Origin: Longimicrobiales bacterium
GTDB taxonomy: Bacteria > Gemmatimonadota > Gemmatimonadetes > Longimicrobiales > Gaopeijiaceae
Reading direction: 5' to 3'
DNA length: 64,000 bases
Assembly (NCBI GenBank): GCA_965248195.1
Contig: CBDFIQ010000002.1
Span: forward strand, 2,048,001 to 2,112,000
The position numbers and the translations under genes were made by a program. The notes under the pieces were generated by a model, which was given only the letters and a program-made list of their open reading frames with translations, searched no databases and was not told where the DNA came from. Each line of letters opens with the position of its first letter. Position 1 is the stretch's first letter. Positions 9,501 to 18,294 of this stretch are shown here, in pieces.

Positions 9501-9981
9501 TGAGGCCCAGACCACCCCGCCGCATCCACCGTCCCACCTCATGGGTCATCCGTCCAGCGAGGTCCCGGTGCTCACCCCGAAGGTATCCGAGAGCGTTCTG
9601 GGCAGCCCGATCGGCAAGACCCGACGACACACCGGGCGGAAGCGTTTTGGCCAATTCCAAGGATCCCTTGAGGACGCCCGGCGCCATCCCGACTTCTTGC
9701 TCGATGCTGCTCGCGAGGTTCCGCTCACGGAGCCATGATCCGGTGAACCTCCGATGCACCAGCCAGGCAGACGCGCACAGTCCCACGATCAGCACGTCGA
9801 TGAGCAGCGGCGCCGACGTTCCCTGCCGCCAACCCTCTGGAGCCACGGCCACCCAAGCGAGAGCCAACGCACCGGCCAGGGCGGCACCGAGCCACAGACC
9901 GAGTGTCAAGCGAGCCCTTCCGAGCAGGTACGCCCTGACACCCTGGACGATCCGAGCGACGCTGGCCGGTGCCGGGCTCAC
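6541..9981 (-). CDS. DUF4175-like large membrane-anchored protein (TM helices, Ig-like domains, long Gln/Glu coiled coil)
   Basis: Three N-terminal hydrophobic helices; beta-rich region with A-DDYGL and LLPGD-I-Y--A-DN; long Q/E/A heptad region; C-terminal RLLDA-RSL and YFERL. Confidence 0.8.
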   Translation of the reverse strand: MSPAPASVARIVQGVRAYLLGRARLTLGLWLGAALAGALALAWVAVAPEGWRQGTSAPLLIDVLIVGLCASAWLVHRRFTGSWLRERNLASSIEQEVGMAPGVLKGSLELAKTLPPGVSSGLADRAAQNALGYLRGEHRDLAGRMTHEVGRWMRRGGLGLILLMPLVVLLTVMAPGRSLMAWAGLARPFELMARPTLPALVVTPGNVEVLRGSDVPMEVSAPGRTTVTVHWQAAGDVELEELIELDGDRGSFVLRRVTARTDYWVQAPDGAMSPQYRLQPVDPLLVGDLIVRISFPPHTGRSPEEYGVVVPPLRIPVRSVFSFEGQASRPLLSAGLERSDGEAEGDAEAEAEAGAEAGAEVGAGAEAEITVNGRGFEGRWTPRVSGIYEWRFTGVDGEPAEILPPPLVLTMVPDSAPDISVLLPGRDTLLPVSLRQPLVLEAADDYGLDHLALVVYRVTAFGDRLTPVEQPIPVGGTRGALLRPVIDLTSWELLPGDTIRYFARAVDNAPIPNVSETREYVLRLPTAADLRREAQERLDEAARGVERLASQAEERAAETQELESELSNQRDAESQTRREESEERLDFDQQEEVREALEAQEELLAALDSLETEMAELNRDLEATGLADPELQEKIRELQRLLNELAPESLEERLSELTEQIEEMTADDANEALRELAGDQEALRDRLEAAIEQFERAAMEQDFRATAAEAEELAQQEQALADAMKEGDSPELRAEQQEALQARAQDLNESLDDLQERLAESGEEQAREAVEQAQNQGQRAQQSMSEAAQQARDGEPQQASETAQQAADALSQMSQQLQQGQQQMAQQNMEAAQEALEQTATDALSLAREQTALQDRMRGANREDLSSMRSDEAALLQGVRNTADNLSAEMSGDQGSDEVAGQLGQAMEAIQETLDALESQRGDTPSPASAAEQAVAALNEAAMMAASAAKAQGTGPQGESGEEVTEQLQQIAQQQGSLNQRTGQITPMKLGQQAQASQLREAAAGQERIANQLGGLADRPPDQAQALGDLQALALEAQALAERLAREILDVETLQRQERLFHRLLDAGRSLEKEEYSDERESSAPGQFERNEVEVLSPEDMGALRFQPPTAEELQRLSPAQRQMVLEYFERLNRAERRAGPRGTIR
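8878..8961. repeat. Imperfect 12-bp tandem repeat encoding an Glu-Ala/Gly linker in the DUF4175-like gene
   Basis: CCTCCGCCCCTG-like units; peptide EAEGDAEAEAEAGAEAGAEVGAGAEAE. Confidence 0.75.
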
Positions 9982-10664
9982 GGGACCATCTGGCTGAGGA
10001 CGTACAAATAGAGATTCACACCCATACGGAGCGCTGACTCGCGCACATCGGGCGGGTCATCGTGGACATCAGCATCCTCCCAGCCATCGCCGAGGTCCGA
10101 CTCGTAACTGTAGAACACGACCAGCCGCCCACCATGGAAGATACCGAAGGCCTGCGGTGGCCCCCCGTCGTGTTCGTGGATCTTGGGCAACCCCTCCGGA
10201 AAGTTGTACATCATTCGGAATACGGCCTGGTCCGGTGGAATCTCGGCCAGCTCGTACTCCGGAAAGATCGCCGTGATTTCTTCGCGGAACGACTCATCCA
10301 TACCGTAATTGTCGTCCGCGTGGAGGAAGCCCCCGGCCAGGAGATACTCCCGCAGGGCCGTCCGCTCTTCAGGGGAAAAGCGCACGTTCCCGTGGCCGGT
10401 CATGTAGAGGAAGGGGTGATCCTTCAGCGTCGGATCTAGAGGCCGTACCGTCTGCGGCCGAGCCGACACCGGCAAGCCCGTTCGTTCCCGAATGGCCACG
10501 AGCAGGTTAGGCAGGGAGGACGGGTTCGCGTACCAGTCCCCGCCACCCTCGTACTGCAGCCGAGTGATGGTCAGAACCGAATCGGGCTGTAGGCCCGGGC
10601 CGGCATCGGGCTGCACGCCCGGCCCGGCCGACGTTAGAGCGGTGATGACAAGAGCGAGCATCAC
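9978..10664 (-). CDS. DUF4159 domain-containing exported protein
   Basis: RLQY-GGGDWY-NPSSLPNL, PFLYMTGHG, LREYL-GGFL-ADD-YG, LPKIHEHDG and ESDLGDGWED; hydrophobic N-terminus. Confidence 0.88.
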   Translation of the reverse strand: MMLALVITALTSAGPGVQPDAGPGLQPDSVLTITRLQYEGGGDWYANPSSLPNLLVAIRERTGLPVSARPQTVRPLDPTLKDHPFLYMTGHGNVRFSPEERTALREYLLAGGFLHADDNYGMDESFREEITAIFPEYELAEIPPDQAVFRMMYNFPEGLPKIHEHDGGPPQAFGIFHGGRLVVFYSYESDLGDGWEDADVHDDPPDVRESALRMGVNLYLYVLSQMVP

Positions 10665-10728
10665 GACAGCATCCCGCGTGCTTCCTGCGCTCCATTGGCG
10701 ATCGCTTCCTTCACCCCGACTCCTCTGG

Positions 10729-11583
10729 TCAACCCGATCCCTCTGAATCGTCCTCTAACGAGTGGACGATCTCGTATGCCGCATTCTTGGCAATACCGAG
10801 GCGGGACGACACCTCTCGCGCTGCTCGGCTCTGGGTGAGGCCTTCGGCCAGCAAGGCCCCCGCCAACGCTCGAGCGGCAGCCTCGTCGACGCTTTCCGTC
10901 CCCTCCGCCGGGGACCGCGGGGAAACCACTACAGTGACTTCTCCCCGTGCCTTGTTCTCCGCGTAGTAACGCGCGGCTTCCGCCATTGTTCCTCTGTAAA
11001 ACTCTTCATGAATCTTGGTCATTTCGCGTGCTACGACAACCTGCCGATCGTCGGCCACAAGCCCCACGAGATCCTTCAGTAGGGTAGCCACACGTTCGGG
11101 AGACTCGAATACGATGGAGGTTTCAGGTGCCGCAGCGATCTGGTCGAGCATCGCCTGCCGCAACTTGCCTTTTCTGGGGACGAAGCCATGGAAGATGAAG
11201 GGAACGGTGGGAACGCCGGCCCCCATGAGCGCTGAAAGGATCGCCGAGGGGCCAGGAACCGGAACCACGGTGTGTCCGGCGTGCAACACCGCCCCTACCA
11301 GCCGCTCGCCAGGATCCGAGAGCAGCGGCGTGCCCGCGTCCGAGACCAGCGCGAGTTTCTCACCGCCATCCAACCGCTCAACGACTCGCCGGATCCGAGA
11401 CGCCTCATTGTGCTCGTGAAGCGAGGTCAGCGATGTGGGGAGGTGGAAGCGGGCGAGAAGCTTCCGGGTACGACGCGTGTCTTCGGCTAGGATGCCGTCG
11501 ACCGATCCGAGAACTTCGATCGACCGGGCCGAGGCGTCGGAGAGGTTGCCGATCGGGGTGGCTACGATGTACAGGGTGGACAT
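10729..11583 (-). CDS. rsmI: 16S rRNA (cytidine(1402)-2'-O)-methyltransferase
   Basis: LYIVATPIGNL-D, AEDTR, LVSDAGTP-SDPG, VPGPSA, FESP-R and REMTK-HEE. Confidence 0.96.
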   Translation of the reverse strand: MSTLYIVATPIGNLSDASARSIEVLGSVDGILAEDTRRTRKLLARFHLPTSLTSLHEHNEASRIRRVVERLDGGEKLALVSDAGTPLLSDPGERLVGAVLHAGHTVVPVPGPSAILSALMGAGVPTVPFIFHGFVPRKGKLRQAMLDQIAAAPETSIVFESPERVATLLKDLVGLVADDRQVVVAREMTKIHEEFYRGTMAEAARYYAENKARGEVTVVVSPRSPAEGTESVDEAAARALAGALLAEGLTQSRAAREVSSRLGIAKNAAYEIVHSLEDDSEGSG

Positions 11584-11589
11584 GCGGGC

Positions 11590-11595
11590 AGTATA
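11590..11595 (-). promoter_or_regulatory. -10 element TATACT 6 nt upstream of the rsmI ATG (probable leaderless promoter)
   Basis: Minus strand reads TATACT-GCCCGC-ATG with no Shine-Dalgarno. Confidence 0.55.
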
Positions 11596-11598
11596 GCG

Positions 11599-11639
11599 AA
11601 AAAAACGGCGACCCGGAGACTCAGGCCTCCGGGCCGCCG
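11599..11639 (-). terminator. Rho-independent terminator downstream of trxA
   Basis: 13-bp GC stem CGGCGGCCCGGAG/CTCCGGGTCGCCG (one G-U pair) followed by T7 on the minus strand. Confidence 0.85.
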
Positions 11640-11669
11640 CACGCCCCCTAAGGACTCAGGCGCTCCACC

Positions 11670-12005
11670 CTACATGTGCTCTTTGATCTTCGCCTCCAGC
11701 GTCGGGCGCGGTACCGCTCCGACCACCGTGTCCACGTGCTCGCCGTCCTTGAAGAACAGCACGCTCGGGATCGAACGCACGGCGAACCGGACGGTCACAT
11801 CCGGATTTTGGTCGACATCCAGCTTTCCCACCGTGACGCCGTCGTCACTGTACTCGTCCGCCAACGCCTCTACAATGGGCCCGACCATGCGACACGGGCC
11901 GCACCACTCAGCCCAGAAATCAATCATCGCAAGACCGGTGGACCCCTCGACGGTCTCCGCAAAGTTCTGATCCGTGATCTCCACGATATTTTCGCTCACA
12001 CCCAT
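11670..12005 (-). CDS. trxA: Thioredoxin
   Basis: DFWAEWCGPC and SIP motifs. Start moved to ATG 12005 (GTG 11999 is also possible); the longer ORF extension overlaps mce. Confidence 0.95.
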   Translation of the reverse strand: MGVSENIVEITDQNFAETVEGSTGLAMIDFWAEWCGPCRMVGPIVEALADEYSDDGVTVGKLDVDQNPDVTVRFAVRSIPSVLFFKDGEHVDTVVGAVPRPTLEAKIKEHM

Positions 12006-12093
12006 CACTCGATCTCCTTGTACCTTCGATGGGCCAGACCTACCATCCGGCCCAAGGTTGTCCGCTTCTACTTCACTGATTCTATCGCACTGA

Positions 12094-12492
12094 TTGATGA
12101 ACGGGTTTCCGCTCGACCACGTCGGCGTCGCAGTTCCGTCCATTCGAGAGTCTGCAGCGACCTTCGAACCCATCAGTGGGGCCACTTGTTCCAGCATCGA
12201 AGAACTGCCGGGACATGACGTGAACGTAGCTTTCGTCGGCTCGATCGAACTCATCGAGCCGAGATCCAGCGCCAGCCCCGTCGCACGTTTCCTCGCCCGC
12301 CGCGGACCCGGCATTCACCACCTTGCCTACCGGGTGTCCGACCTTCGCACGACCCTCCAAGATCTAAATACTCGAGGGTTCCAACTCATCGACGAGGAAC
12401 CCCGCCCAGGCGCTCGCGGGCACCTGGTAGCGTTTGTTCATCCCAAGTCGACCGGCGGCGCCTTGATCGAATTGGTACAACACGGCCCGTGA
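12094..12492 (+). CDS. mce: Methylmalonyl-CoA epimerase (VOC family)
   Basis: DHVGVAV, IELIEP, S-VARFL-RRGPGIHHLAY-V, GA-G--VAFVHPKSTGG-LIEL. Confidence 0.88.
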   Translation: MMNGFPLDHVGVAVPSIRESAATFEPISGATCSSIEELPGHDVNVAFVGSIELIEPRSSASPVARFLARRGPGIHHLAYRVSDLRTTLQDLNTRGFQLIDEEPRPGARGHLVAFVHPKSTGGALIELVQHGP

Positions 12493-12506
12493 CCGCTAGT
12501 GAGCCC

Positions 12507-12947
12507 CTACTCGGCGCCCGTGATCTTCGTCACCTCGATCACATTGACCAGCCAACGATCGGGTGGCTCCAGCACGACGGTAAAGCCGACATCCTGCACT
12601 GTCGTACCCATAGGAAGCGACATATCCACGCCGATCCGGATGGTCGAAACTTCCGCTCCAGGCACCGGACGCTCTGAAATGATCTGATAATTGTCGTGCT
12701 GGAGGATATCGGCGATCACGTCCATTCGCAGTTCGACCTCCTCCCTTCCCCTCGAGTCTCCGATGGGTCCCTCGTCGGTCCCGAACAGGCGCGACATCGT
12801 CTCGAGATCTCGCGCGTTGGCGGCCTGCAGAAACCGCTCTACCGTCAGGGCCGGAGCGACCCGCAACGGCGCTTGACTCATGGTCGTTCGACTGGTGCAT
12901 GCACCGGTCGACATGAGCAGAACGAACAAAATGGGCAGACGTTTCAC
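12507..12947 (-). CDS. Hypothetical lipoprotein (NTF2-like fold possible)
   Basis: Lipoprotein signal MKRLPILFVLLMSTGAC; co-oriented directly after clpB. Confidence 0.7.
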   Translation of the reverse strand: MKRLPILFVLLMSTGACTSRTTMSQAPLRVAPALTVERFLQAANARDLETMSRLFGTDEGPIGDSRGREEVELRMDVIADILQHDNYQIISERPVPGAEVSTIRIGVDMSLPMGTTVQDVGFTVVLEPPDRWLVNVIEVTKITGAE

Positions 12948-12961
12948 CGGTCGGACTCCGG

Positions 12962-15595
12962 TTACGAGACAGCTTCTCGGCGCTCGAGGGTGTGCTCGAA
13001 CCGTACCTGCAACGCGTCGCCCGGGACGAGCGACACTCGAATCGTTGAGCCATCCTCCACAACTTCCTCGAGCAGGTACATGGCCAGGGGATCCTGAATG
13101 CCGTGCTGGATCGCACGCTTGAGGGGGCGAGCACCAAACGCTGGATCGAAGCCCTCGCGGGCCAAGGCGTCCTTGACATCATCCTCGACCGAGAGCCTCA
13201 TGCCCAACTCCTCGACCAGTTCCTCCAGGCGGCGAAGCTGTAGCTCCGCGATCGTCCGTAAGCTCTCCTTCGAGAGCGGCGAGTAAACCATGATGTCGTC
13301 CACGCGATTCAGAAACTCCGGACGGAAGTGACCGTGGAGCACCGTCTTCACAGCATCCACGGCAGAATCCCACTCGGCCGTCTCTGAGCCCTCCGACCCC
13401 AAGCTCTCCAAGATGATCTGGCTCCCGAGATTCGAGGTCATGAGGATGACCGTGTTACGAAAATCTACCGTTCGCCCCTGTGAATCGGTAAGGCGCCCGT
13501 CGTCCAGAATCTGGAGGAGCACGTTGAACACTTCCGGATGCGCTTTCTCGATTTCGTCGAAGAGGATCACGGCGTGGGGCCGACGGCGGACGGCCTCGGT
13601 GAGCTGGCCTCCTTCCTCGAACCCCACGTAACCGGGAGGCGCTCCGATCAGGCGCGCAACAGCATGCTTCTCCATGTATTCCGACATGTCGAGGCGGACC
13701 ATCGCACGCTCGTCGTCGAATAGGAACTCGGCGAGGGAGCGAGCCGTCTCCGTCTTCCCGACGCCGGTGGGGCCAAGCAAAATGAACGAGCCCACGGGCC
13801 GGTTCGGGTCCTGGAGACCCGTGCGGGCCCGCCGGACCGCGTTCGCCACCGCATGGATCGCTCCGGGCTGGCCGACCACCCGCTCGCCGAGCAGCTCCTC
13901 CAGCTGGCGGAGGCGCTCCCGCTCCGTCTCCATCAGCCGGGACACCGGGATGCCAGTCCACTCCGCGACCACCTCCGCGATGTCGTCCGCGTCGACCTCT
14001 TCTTTGAGGAACTTGCCCTCGCCCTGCAGTTTGGCGAGACGCTCCTCGGCGACCGCGATCGCCTGTTCCGTGCCTGGGATCTCCGAGTACTGGACCTCCG
14101 CCGCTCGCTCGAGATCGCCGGTGCGCGTGGCCCGCTCGGCCTCCACCCGAAGTTCGTCGAGCCGCTCCTTCAACCCCCGCAACCGCTCGATGGCCTGCTT
14201 CTCAGACTGCCAGCGTGCCTTCATGCCTGCGCTCCGCTCCTTGAGGTCCGATAACTCGGCCTCGACACCGGCCAGGCGATCCTTGGCGCTCTTCTCGACC
14301 TCGCCGCTCAGCGCCTCCTTCTCGATCGCGAGCTGCGTGATGCGGCGCTCGACCTCGTCGATTTCCTGTGGCATCGAGTCGAGTTCGATGCGAAGGCGGC
14401 TCCCCGCCTCATCCACGAGGTCTATCGCCTTGTCCGGGAGAAATCGGCCACCGACGTAACGATCCGAAAGCTTGGCCGCGGCCACAACGGCGTCGTCGGT
14501 GATCCGCACCCCATGGTGAACCTCGTAGCGCTCCTTGAGCCCGCGAAGAATCGCCACGGTGTCGTCGACCGAGGGTGGTGCCACGTAGACCGGCTGGAAC
14601 CGCCGCTCGAGCGCCGCATCCTTCTCGATGTGCTTGCGGTACTCACTGAGCGTCGTCGCCCCCACCACACGCAACTCACCTCGGGCCAGGGCGGGCTTCA
14701 GCATGTTTCCGGCGTCGACCGCACCCTCCGCGGCCCCGGCCCCTACGATCGTATGGAGCTCATCGATGAAGATGATGAATTGCCCCTCCCCCTCCGTGAT
14801 GTCTTTGAGAACAGCCTTCATGCGTTCCTCGAACTCCCCGCGGTATTTGGCACCCGCCACCATGGCGGAGATATCGAGCGCGAGTAGACGCTTGTCCGCG
14901 AGAGTGGTTGGGACGTCACCGCTCACGATCCGCTGGGCGAGGCCCTCGGCAATGGCCGTCTTCCCCACTCCGGGCTCGCCGATGAGGACCGGGTTGTTCT
15001 TGGTTCGGCGTGCGAGGACCTTCATGACCCGGCGGACTTCCTCGTCACGACCGATCACAGGATCGAGCTTGCCCTGGCGGGCCAACGCGGTCAGATCCCG
15101 GCTGTAACGTTCGAGGGCCCTGTACTTTTCCTCGGGACTCTGGTCGGTGACCCGGTGACCACCGCGTACCGCGCTCAGGGCTTCGAGAACGCGCTCCTGG
15201 GTCGCGCCGGCCTCTCTGAGCGCCGCACCGGCCTCTCCTTCTTCGACCGTGAGCCCGAGGAGGAAGTGTTCCGTGGAGACGTACTCGTCGCCCAACGTCT
15301 GAGCCTGCTTCTCGGCCTCGACGAGGACCTGGTCGAGGTCGCTGCTAAGGGTCGGATCCGAACCCCCGGTGACCCGGCCGTGCGCGTCGAGGGCCGCCTC
15401 GACTCCTTCTCGCACCACCGGCACCGCCGCCCCCAGCTTCTGGAGCACCGGAAGGACGATCCCTTCTTCCTGGTCGAGAAGGACGTGGAGCAGGTGGGCA
15501 GCATCGATCTCCGCGGCCTCCCGGCGGCGGGCTTCCTCCGAGGCGCCCTTAAGGGCTTCCCCAGCCTTCACCGTCAATCTATCAAAGCTCAGCAT
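12962..15595 (-). CDS. clpB: Chaperone ClpB
   Basis: Two AAA+ modules ([16 protein letters not shown]), [10 protein letters not shown] and a coiled-coil M domain; start at ATG 15595 with GGAGG RBS. Confidence 0.97.
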   Translation of the reverse strand: MLSFDRLTVKAGEALKGASEEARRREAAEIDAAHLLHVLLDQEEGIVLPVLQKLGAAVPVVREGVEAALDAHGRVTGGSDPTLSSDLDQVLVEAEKQAQTLGDEYVSTEHFLLGLTVEEGEAGAALREAGATQERVLEALSAVRGGHRVTDQSPEEKYRALERYSRDLTALARQGKLDPVIGRDEEVRRVMKVLARRTKNNPVLIGEPGVGKTAIAEGLAQRIVSGDVPTTLADKRLLALDISAMVAGAKYRGEFEERMKAVLKDITEGEGQFIIFIDELHTIVGAGAAEGAVDAGNMLKPALARGELRVVGATTLSEYRKHIEKDAALERRFQPVYVAPPSVDDTVAILRGLKERYEVHHGVRITDDAVVAAAKLSDRYVGGRFLPDKAIDLVDEAGSRLRIELDSMPQEIDEVERRITQLAIEKEALSGEVEKSAKDRLAGVEAELSDLKERSAGMKARWQSEKQAIERLRGLKERLDELRVEAERATRTGDLERAAEVQYSEIPGTEQAIAVAEERLAKLQGEGKFLKEEVDADDIAEVVAEWTGIPVSRLMETERERLRQLEELLGERVVGQPGAIHAVANAVRRARTGLQDPNRPVGSFILLGPTGVGKTETARSLAEFLFDDERAMVRLDMSEYMEKHAVARLIGAPPGYVGFEEGGQLTEAVRRRPHAVILFDEIEKAHPEVFNVLLQILDDGRLTDSQGRTVDFRNTVILMTSNLGSQIILESLGSEGSETAEWDSAVDAVKTVLHGHFRPEFLNRVDDIMVYSPLSKESLRTIAELQLRRLEELVEELGMRLSVEDDVKDALAREGFDPAFGARPLKRAIQHGIQDPLAMYLLEEVVEDGSTIRVSLVPGDALQVRFEHTLERREAVS

Positions 15596-15759
15596 TGGGC
15601 TCGTTCCTCCTAAGCATCCTGCCATTGTGGCATATTCAGGTGCCGTGTTCCGTCGCCTTGGCACACCGAGCCGCCAAAGCGGCGGCGGCGGCGCCTCCGA
15701 ACACTCATGATGCCTTTAACAGACTCAAGATCCGGGCCAGGATGGGCCCGCTGTGCGGC

Positions 15760-17223
15760 CTAGGGCAGGCGCCCCCCAGATACCCGCTTCAGCAGGGTTC
15801 CCCCGGCGATGGATTCATCTAGCGTGCGGCGATTCAGCATGGCGATCTGCTCGTCGCTCACCGTGGAGGGGTATCGCTCGATGAACTGCTGCAGCGTCAT
15901 TCTCGAGGGAAGCCGAACGATCTCGATCCGGGCCGGCTCGACCCCGAGGATTTCGGGATCGCTCACGGGGCGGAAGCTCTCGATGGTCCCGAGCACCGTG
16001 CCTTCGTGGGAGCGCCATCGAGAAGCGGCCGCATAACCCAGCAGGCGGAAGACCGCTCCCCCGTGCTCCACGAAGAGGACCGCGCCCCGAAGTCCGCCTC
16101 CTTCGGCGTCGGCGCTGAAGGACGCCTCCCACCCCGGGCGGCCGTTGACCGACGTCCGGCGAGAGCCGCTCCCGCGAACGTCGTCCTGCCTCAGGAAGGT
16201 GGAGAGCGCACGTTCCGCGTCGGTCTCACCCGCCTCCACCGTAAGAACGACCAGGGCCGTCTCGTCCGAAGAAATGGCCCCCACCTGCGATTTCTGGTTC
16301 ACCGTCGTCCATCCCCGGGGGAAATCGAGCGCGAACGCCATGACCGGGTGGTAGAACGTCCCCTCATCGAAGAAACCCTCCCTCGGGTCCTGACCGAAGG
16401 TCATGCCGTCGAGGCTCCGCACGTACTCCTCACCCCGCCGGATATACTCCGAATAATCCTGCCCCGAAGCCCCGATGATCTCGCGGATGTCCTCCTCGCG
16501 ATTCACGGGGTCGGGGTGGGTGGCCGCCCACCCGGGAACGCTCCCCCCTCCACCGCCCGCCAGCGCGAGCGTCTTGAAGACGCCCACCAGAGCGTTCGGA
16601 TCGTATCCCGCACGCGACATGTAACGCACGCCGAGTTCGTCCGACTGGGACTCGTCTCCTCTGCTGTACCTCAGGTTGAGGAGTCCCAGGCCCGCCGACA
16701 GCACCCCCGCCACCGAGGCCACGTCCGAGGACAGGACGGATCCGACCCCCAGGCCGATCTGCTGGAGTTGCTGGCGGCTCATCTGGCTGGCGGAGTGGCG
16801 CGCCGTGACGTGCCCGATCTCGTGACCGAGGACCCCCGCGAGCTCGGCTTCCGAGTTCAGGGCGGCCATAATGCCCCGCGTGACAAAAATGAACCCGCCC
16901 GGAAGCGCGAAGGCGTTCACCATGGGGTCGTCCACCAGCTTGAACGACCAAGGCAGCGCGGGGCGCTCTGACCTGGAAGCCATCTCGTTCCCGAGGTTGG
17001 TCACCATGGCCTGAAGCACCTCGGACTCGTACAGCCCAAAGGATTCAGTAATCGGTCCGTCCGCTTCGCGCCCCATCTCGATTTCTTCAGACTCGCTGAT
17101 CAAGATGAACTGGCGCTGGCCCGTAGCCGGGTTCACGGCGCACCCGGTGGCAGTCAACAGTGCCAAAGCCAGCAAGGTGGATCCGAGTACGAGGGCTTGG
17201 ACAAGCTTCCGGATACTGGTCAT
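15760..17223 (-). CDS. M48 family zinc metalloprotease lipoprotein (BepA/YfgC-like) with C-terminal extension
   Basis: Lipobox TGC, NAFALPGG, HEIGH, YSR--E--SD and THP. Confidence 0.9.
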   Translation of the reverse strand: MTSIRKLVQALVLGSTLLALALLTATGCAVNPATGQRQFILISESEEIEMGREADGPITESFGLYESEVLQAMVTNLGNEMASRSERPALPWSFKLVDDPMVNAFALPGGFIFVTRGIMAALNSEAELAGVLGHEIGHVTARHSASQMSRQQLQQIGLGVGSVLSSDVASVAGVLSAGLGLLNLRYSRGDESQSDELGVRYMSRAGYDPNALVGVFKTLALAGGGGGSVPGWAATHPDPVNREEDIREIIGASGQDYSEYIRRGEEYVRSLDGMTFGQDPREGFFDEGTFYHPVMAFALDFPRGWTTVNQKSQVGAISSDETALVVLTVEAGETDAERALSTFLRQDDVRGSGSRRTSVNGRPGWEASFSADAEGGGLRGAVLFVEHGGAVFRLLGYAAASRWRSHEGTVLGTIESFRPVSDPEILGVEPARIEIVRLPSRMTLQQFIERYPSTVSDEQIAMLNRRTLDESIAGGTLLKRVSGGRLP

Positions 17224-17237
17224 GAGCCTCTTCCCCC

Positions 17238-17273
17238 CCTGGATACGTCCTGCCTGGATACGTCTTGCCTGGA
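17238..17273. repeat. 15-bp direct tandem repeat (2.4 copies) just upstream of the M48 protease RBS
   Basis: CCTGGATACGTCCTG CCTGGATACGTCTTG CCTGGA. Confidence 0.85.
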
Positions 17274-17398
17274 GTGCTCAAACATAAGGCTGAAGTACGT
17301 CGGGAGGATACGGAAGCCCGGGGTCGTATCTTCTTGACGGGCGGTGCGGGCTGAACGAGGTTCCGCTCACCGTCGGGCCTACCGGCCAACACCTCGGT

Positions 17399-17917
17399 GT
17401 GAGAGAGGACGAGGCAGATCGAACCCACCTCCGTACCAGCATGAGTGTAGCGCCCAGCACGGTTGGCACCCCCATTTCGCTCGGAGTGTGTCCCCCATGC
17501 CATCGATGCCGGATCGGCGCTTCATCCCGAATCGTCGTTTCCATAGTGGCCCTCACGCTTTGCTGGTCCTGTGGTGGCGGCGCGACAGATGTACCGGAGG
17601 AAACGCCGGGCCGCCCGGAGTTCATCGGGGCCTACCTGGACCTGCGCACCGCAGCTTTGATCTCGGGATCAACCGACCTCGGGAATGAAGTCAGGGACAG
17701 CATTCTGGCGGTATATGACGTCACCGATCAGGATCTCCTGGACTTCATCGAAACCCATGGAGAGGATGTGGAGTTCATGCGTGACCTTTGGACCGAAATC
17801 GAAGGGCGTGTGACCGAGCGTCTCGAACAGAACGCTCCAGACGAAGAAAACGAAGGGACCGAGGAAGACGCCGAAACCGAAGAAATTCAGGATGGGGATG
17901 CCGGAATTTCGCCGTAG
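17399..17917 (+). CDS. Hypothetical acidic lipoprotein (DUF4296-like possible); start uncertain
   Basis: Hydrophobic IVVSIVALTLCWSC lipobox-like segment, then a helical acidic domain; overlaps the RidA-family gene start. Confidence 0.6.
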   Translation: MREDEADRTHLRTSMSVAPSTVGTPISLGVCPPCHRCRIGASSRIVVSIVALTLCWSCGGGATDVPEETPGRPEFIGAYLDLRTAALISGSTDLGNEVRDSILAVYDVTDQDLLDFIETHGEDVEFMRDLWTEIEGRVTERLEQNAPDEENEGTEEDAETEEIQDGDAGISP

Positions 17918-18290
17918 TTTCAGCGGGGCTCCATGGGAGTCACGAATAGGGTACTGCCGGTCGTTGCGGGCCGGAGATCGCGTGTGGATTACCGGCACTG
18001 CATCTGTTGCGGAGGATGGAGGCGTGTATGGCGTCGGGGACGGGTACCGACAAGCCGTGCGTTGCTTCGACATCATCCGCGACGCCCTCGCTGCGCAGGG
18101 GGCCGGGCTCGGGCATGTAGTGCGCACCCGGATGTTCGTTACCGACATCGAGCGATGGCAAGAATTCGGCCGGGCGCATCGGGAGGTGTTCGGCGAGCAC
18201 CCTCCTACGACCACGATGGTCGAAGTGAGCCGCCTCATCGATCCGGACATGCTGATCGAGATCGAAGCGGACGCCATCGTGACGGACTGA
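17892..18290 (+). CDS. RidA/YjgF family protein
   Basis: SGAPWE--IGYCR, VVRTRMFVTDI, P-TTMVEVSRLIDPDMLIEIEADA. Confidence 0.9.
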   Translation: MGMPEFRRSFSGAPWESRIGYCRSLRAGDRVWITGTASVAEDGGVYGVGDGYRQAVRCFDIIRDALAAQGAGLGHVVRTRMFVTDIERWQEFGRAHREVFGEHPPTTTMVEVSRLIDPDMLIEIEADAIVTD

Positions 18291-18294
18291 GGGG

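Noticed and set aside
12006..12314. N-terminal extensions in the ORF track for trxA, and likewise lysA, proS, hisS, truB, rimP, the response regulator and the MBL hydrolase
   Set aside because: The extensions overlap neighbouring genes or promoters and lack family similarity. Downstream starts fit the family N-termini better.
15630..15646. Sigma54-like GGCAC...TGC upstream of clpB
   Set aside because: GG-to-GC spacing is 11 nt rather than the strict 10 nt.
17405..17435. GGTGGGTTCGATC hairpin on the minus strand resembling a tRNA T-arm
   Set aside because: T-stem pairing is non-canonical, and no acceptor, D or anticodon arms can be built around it.
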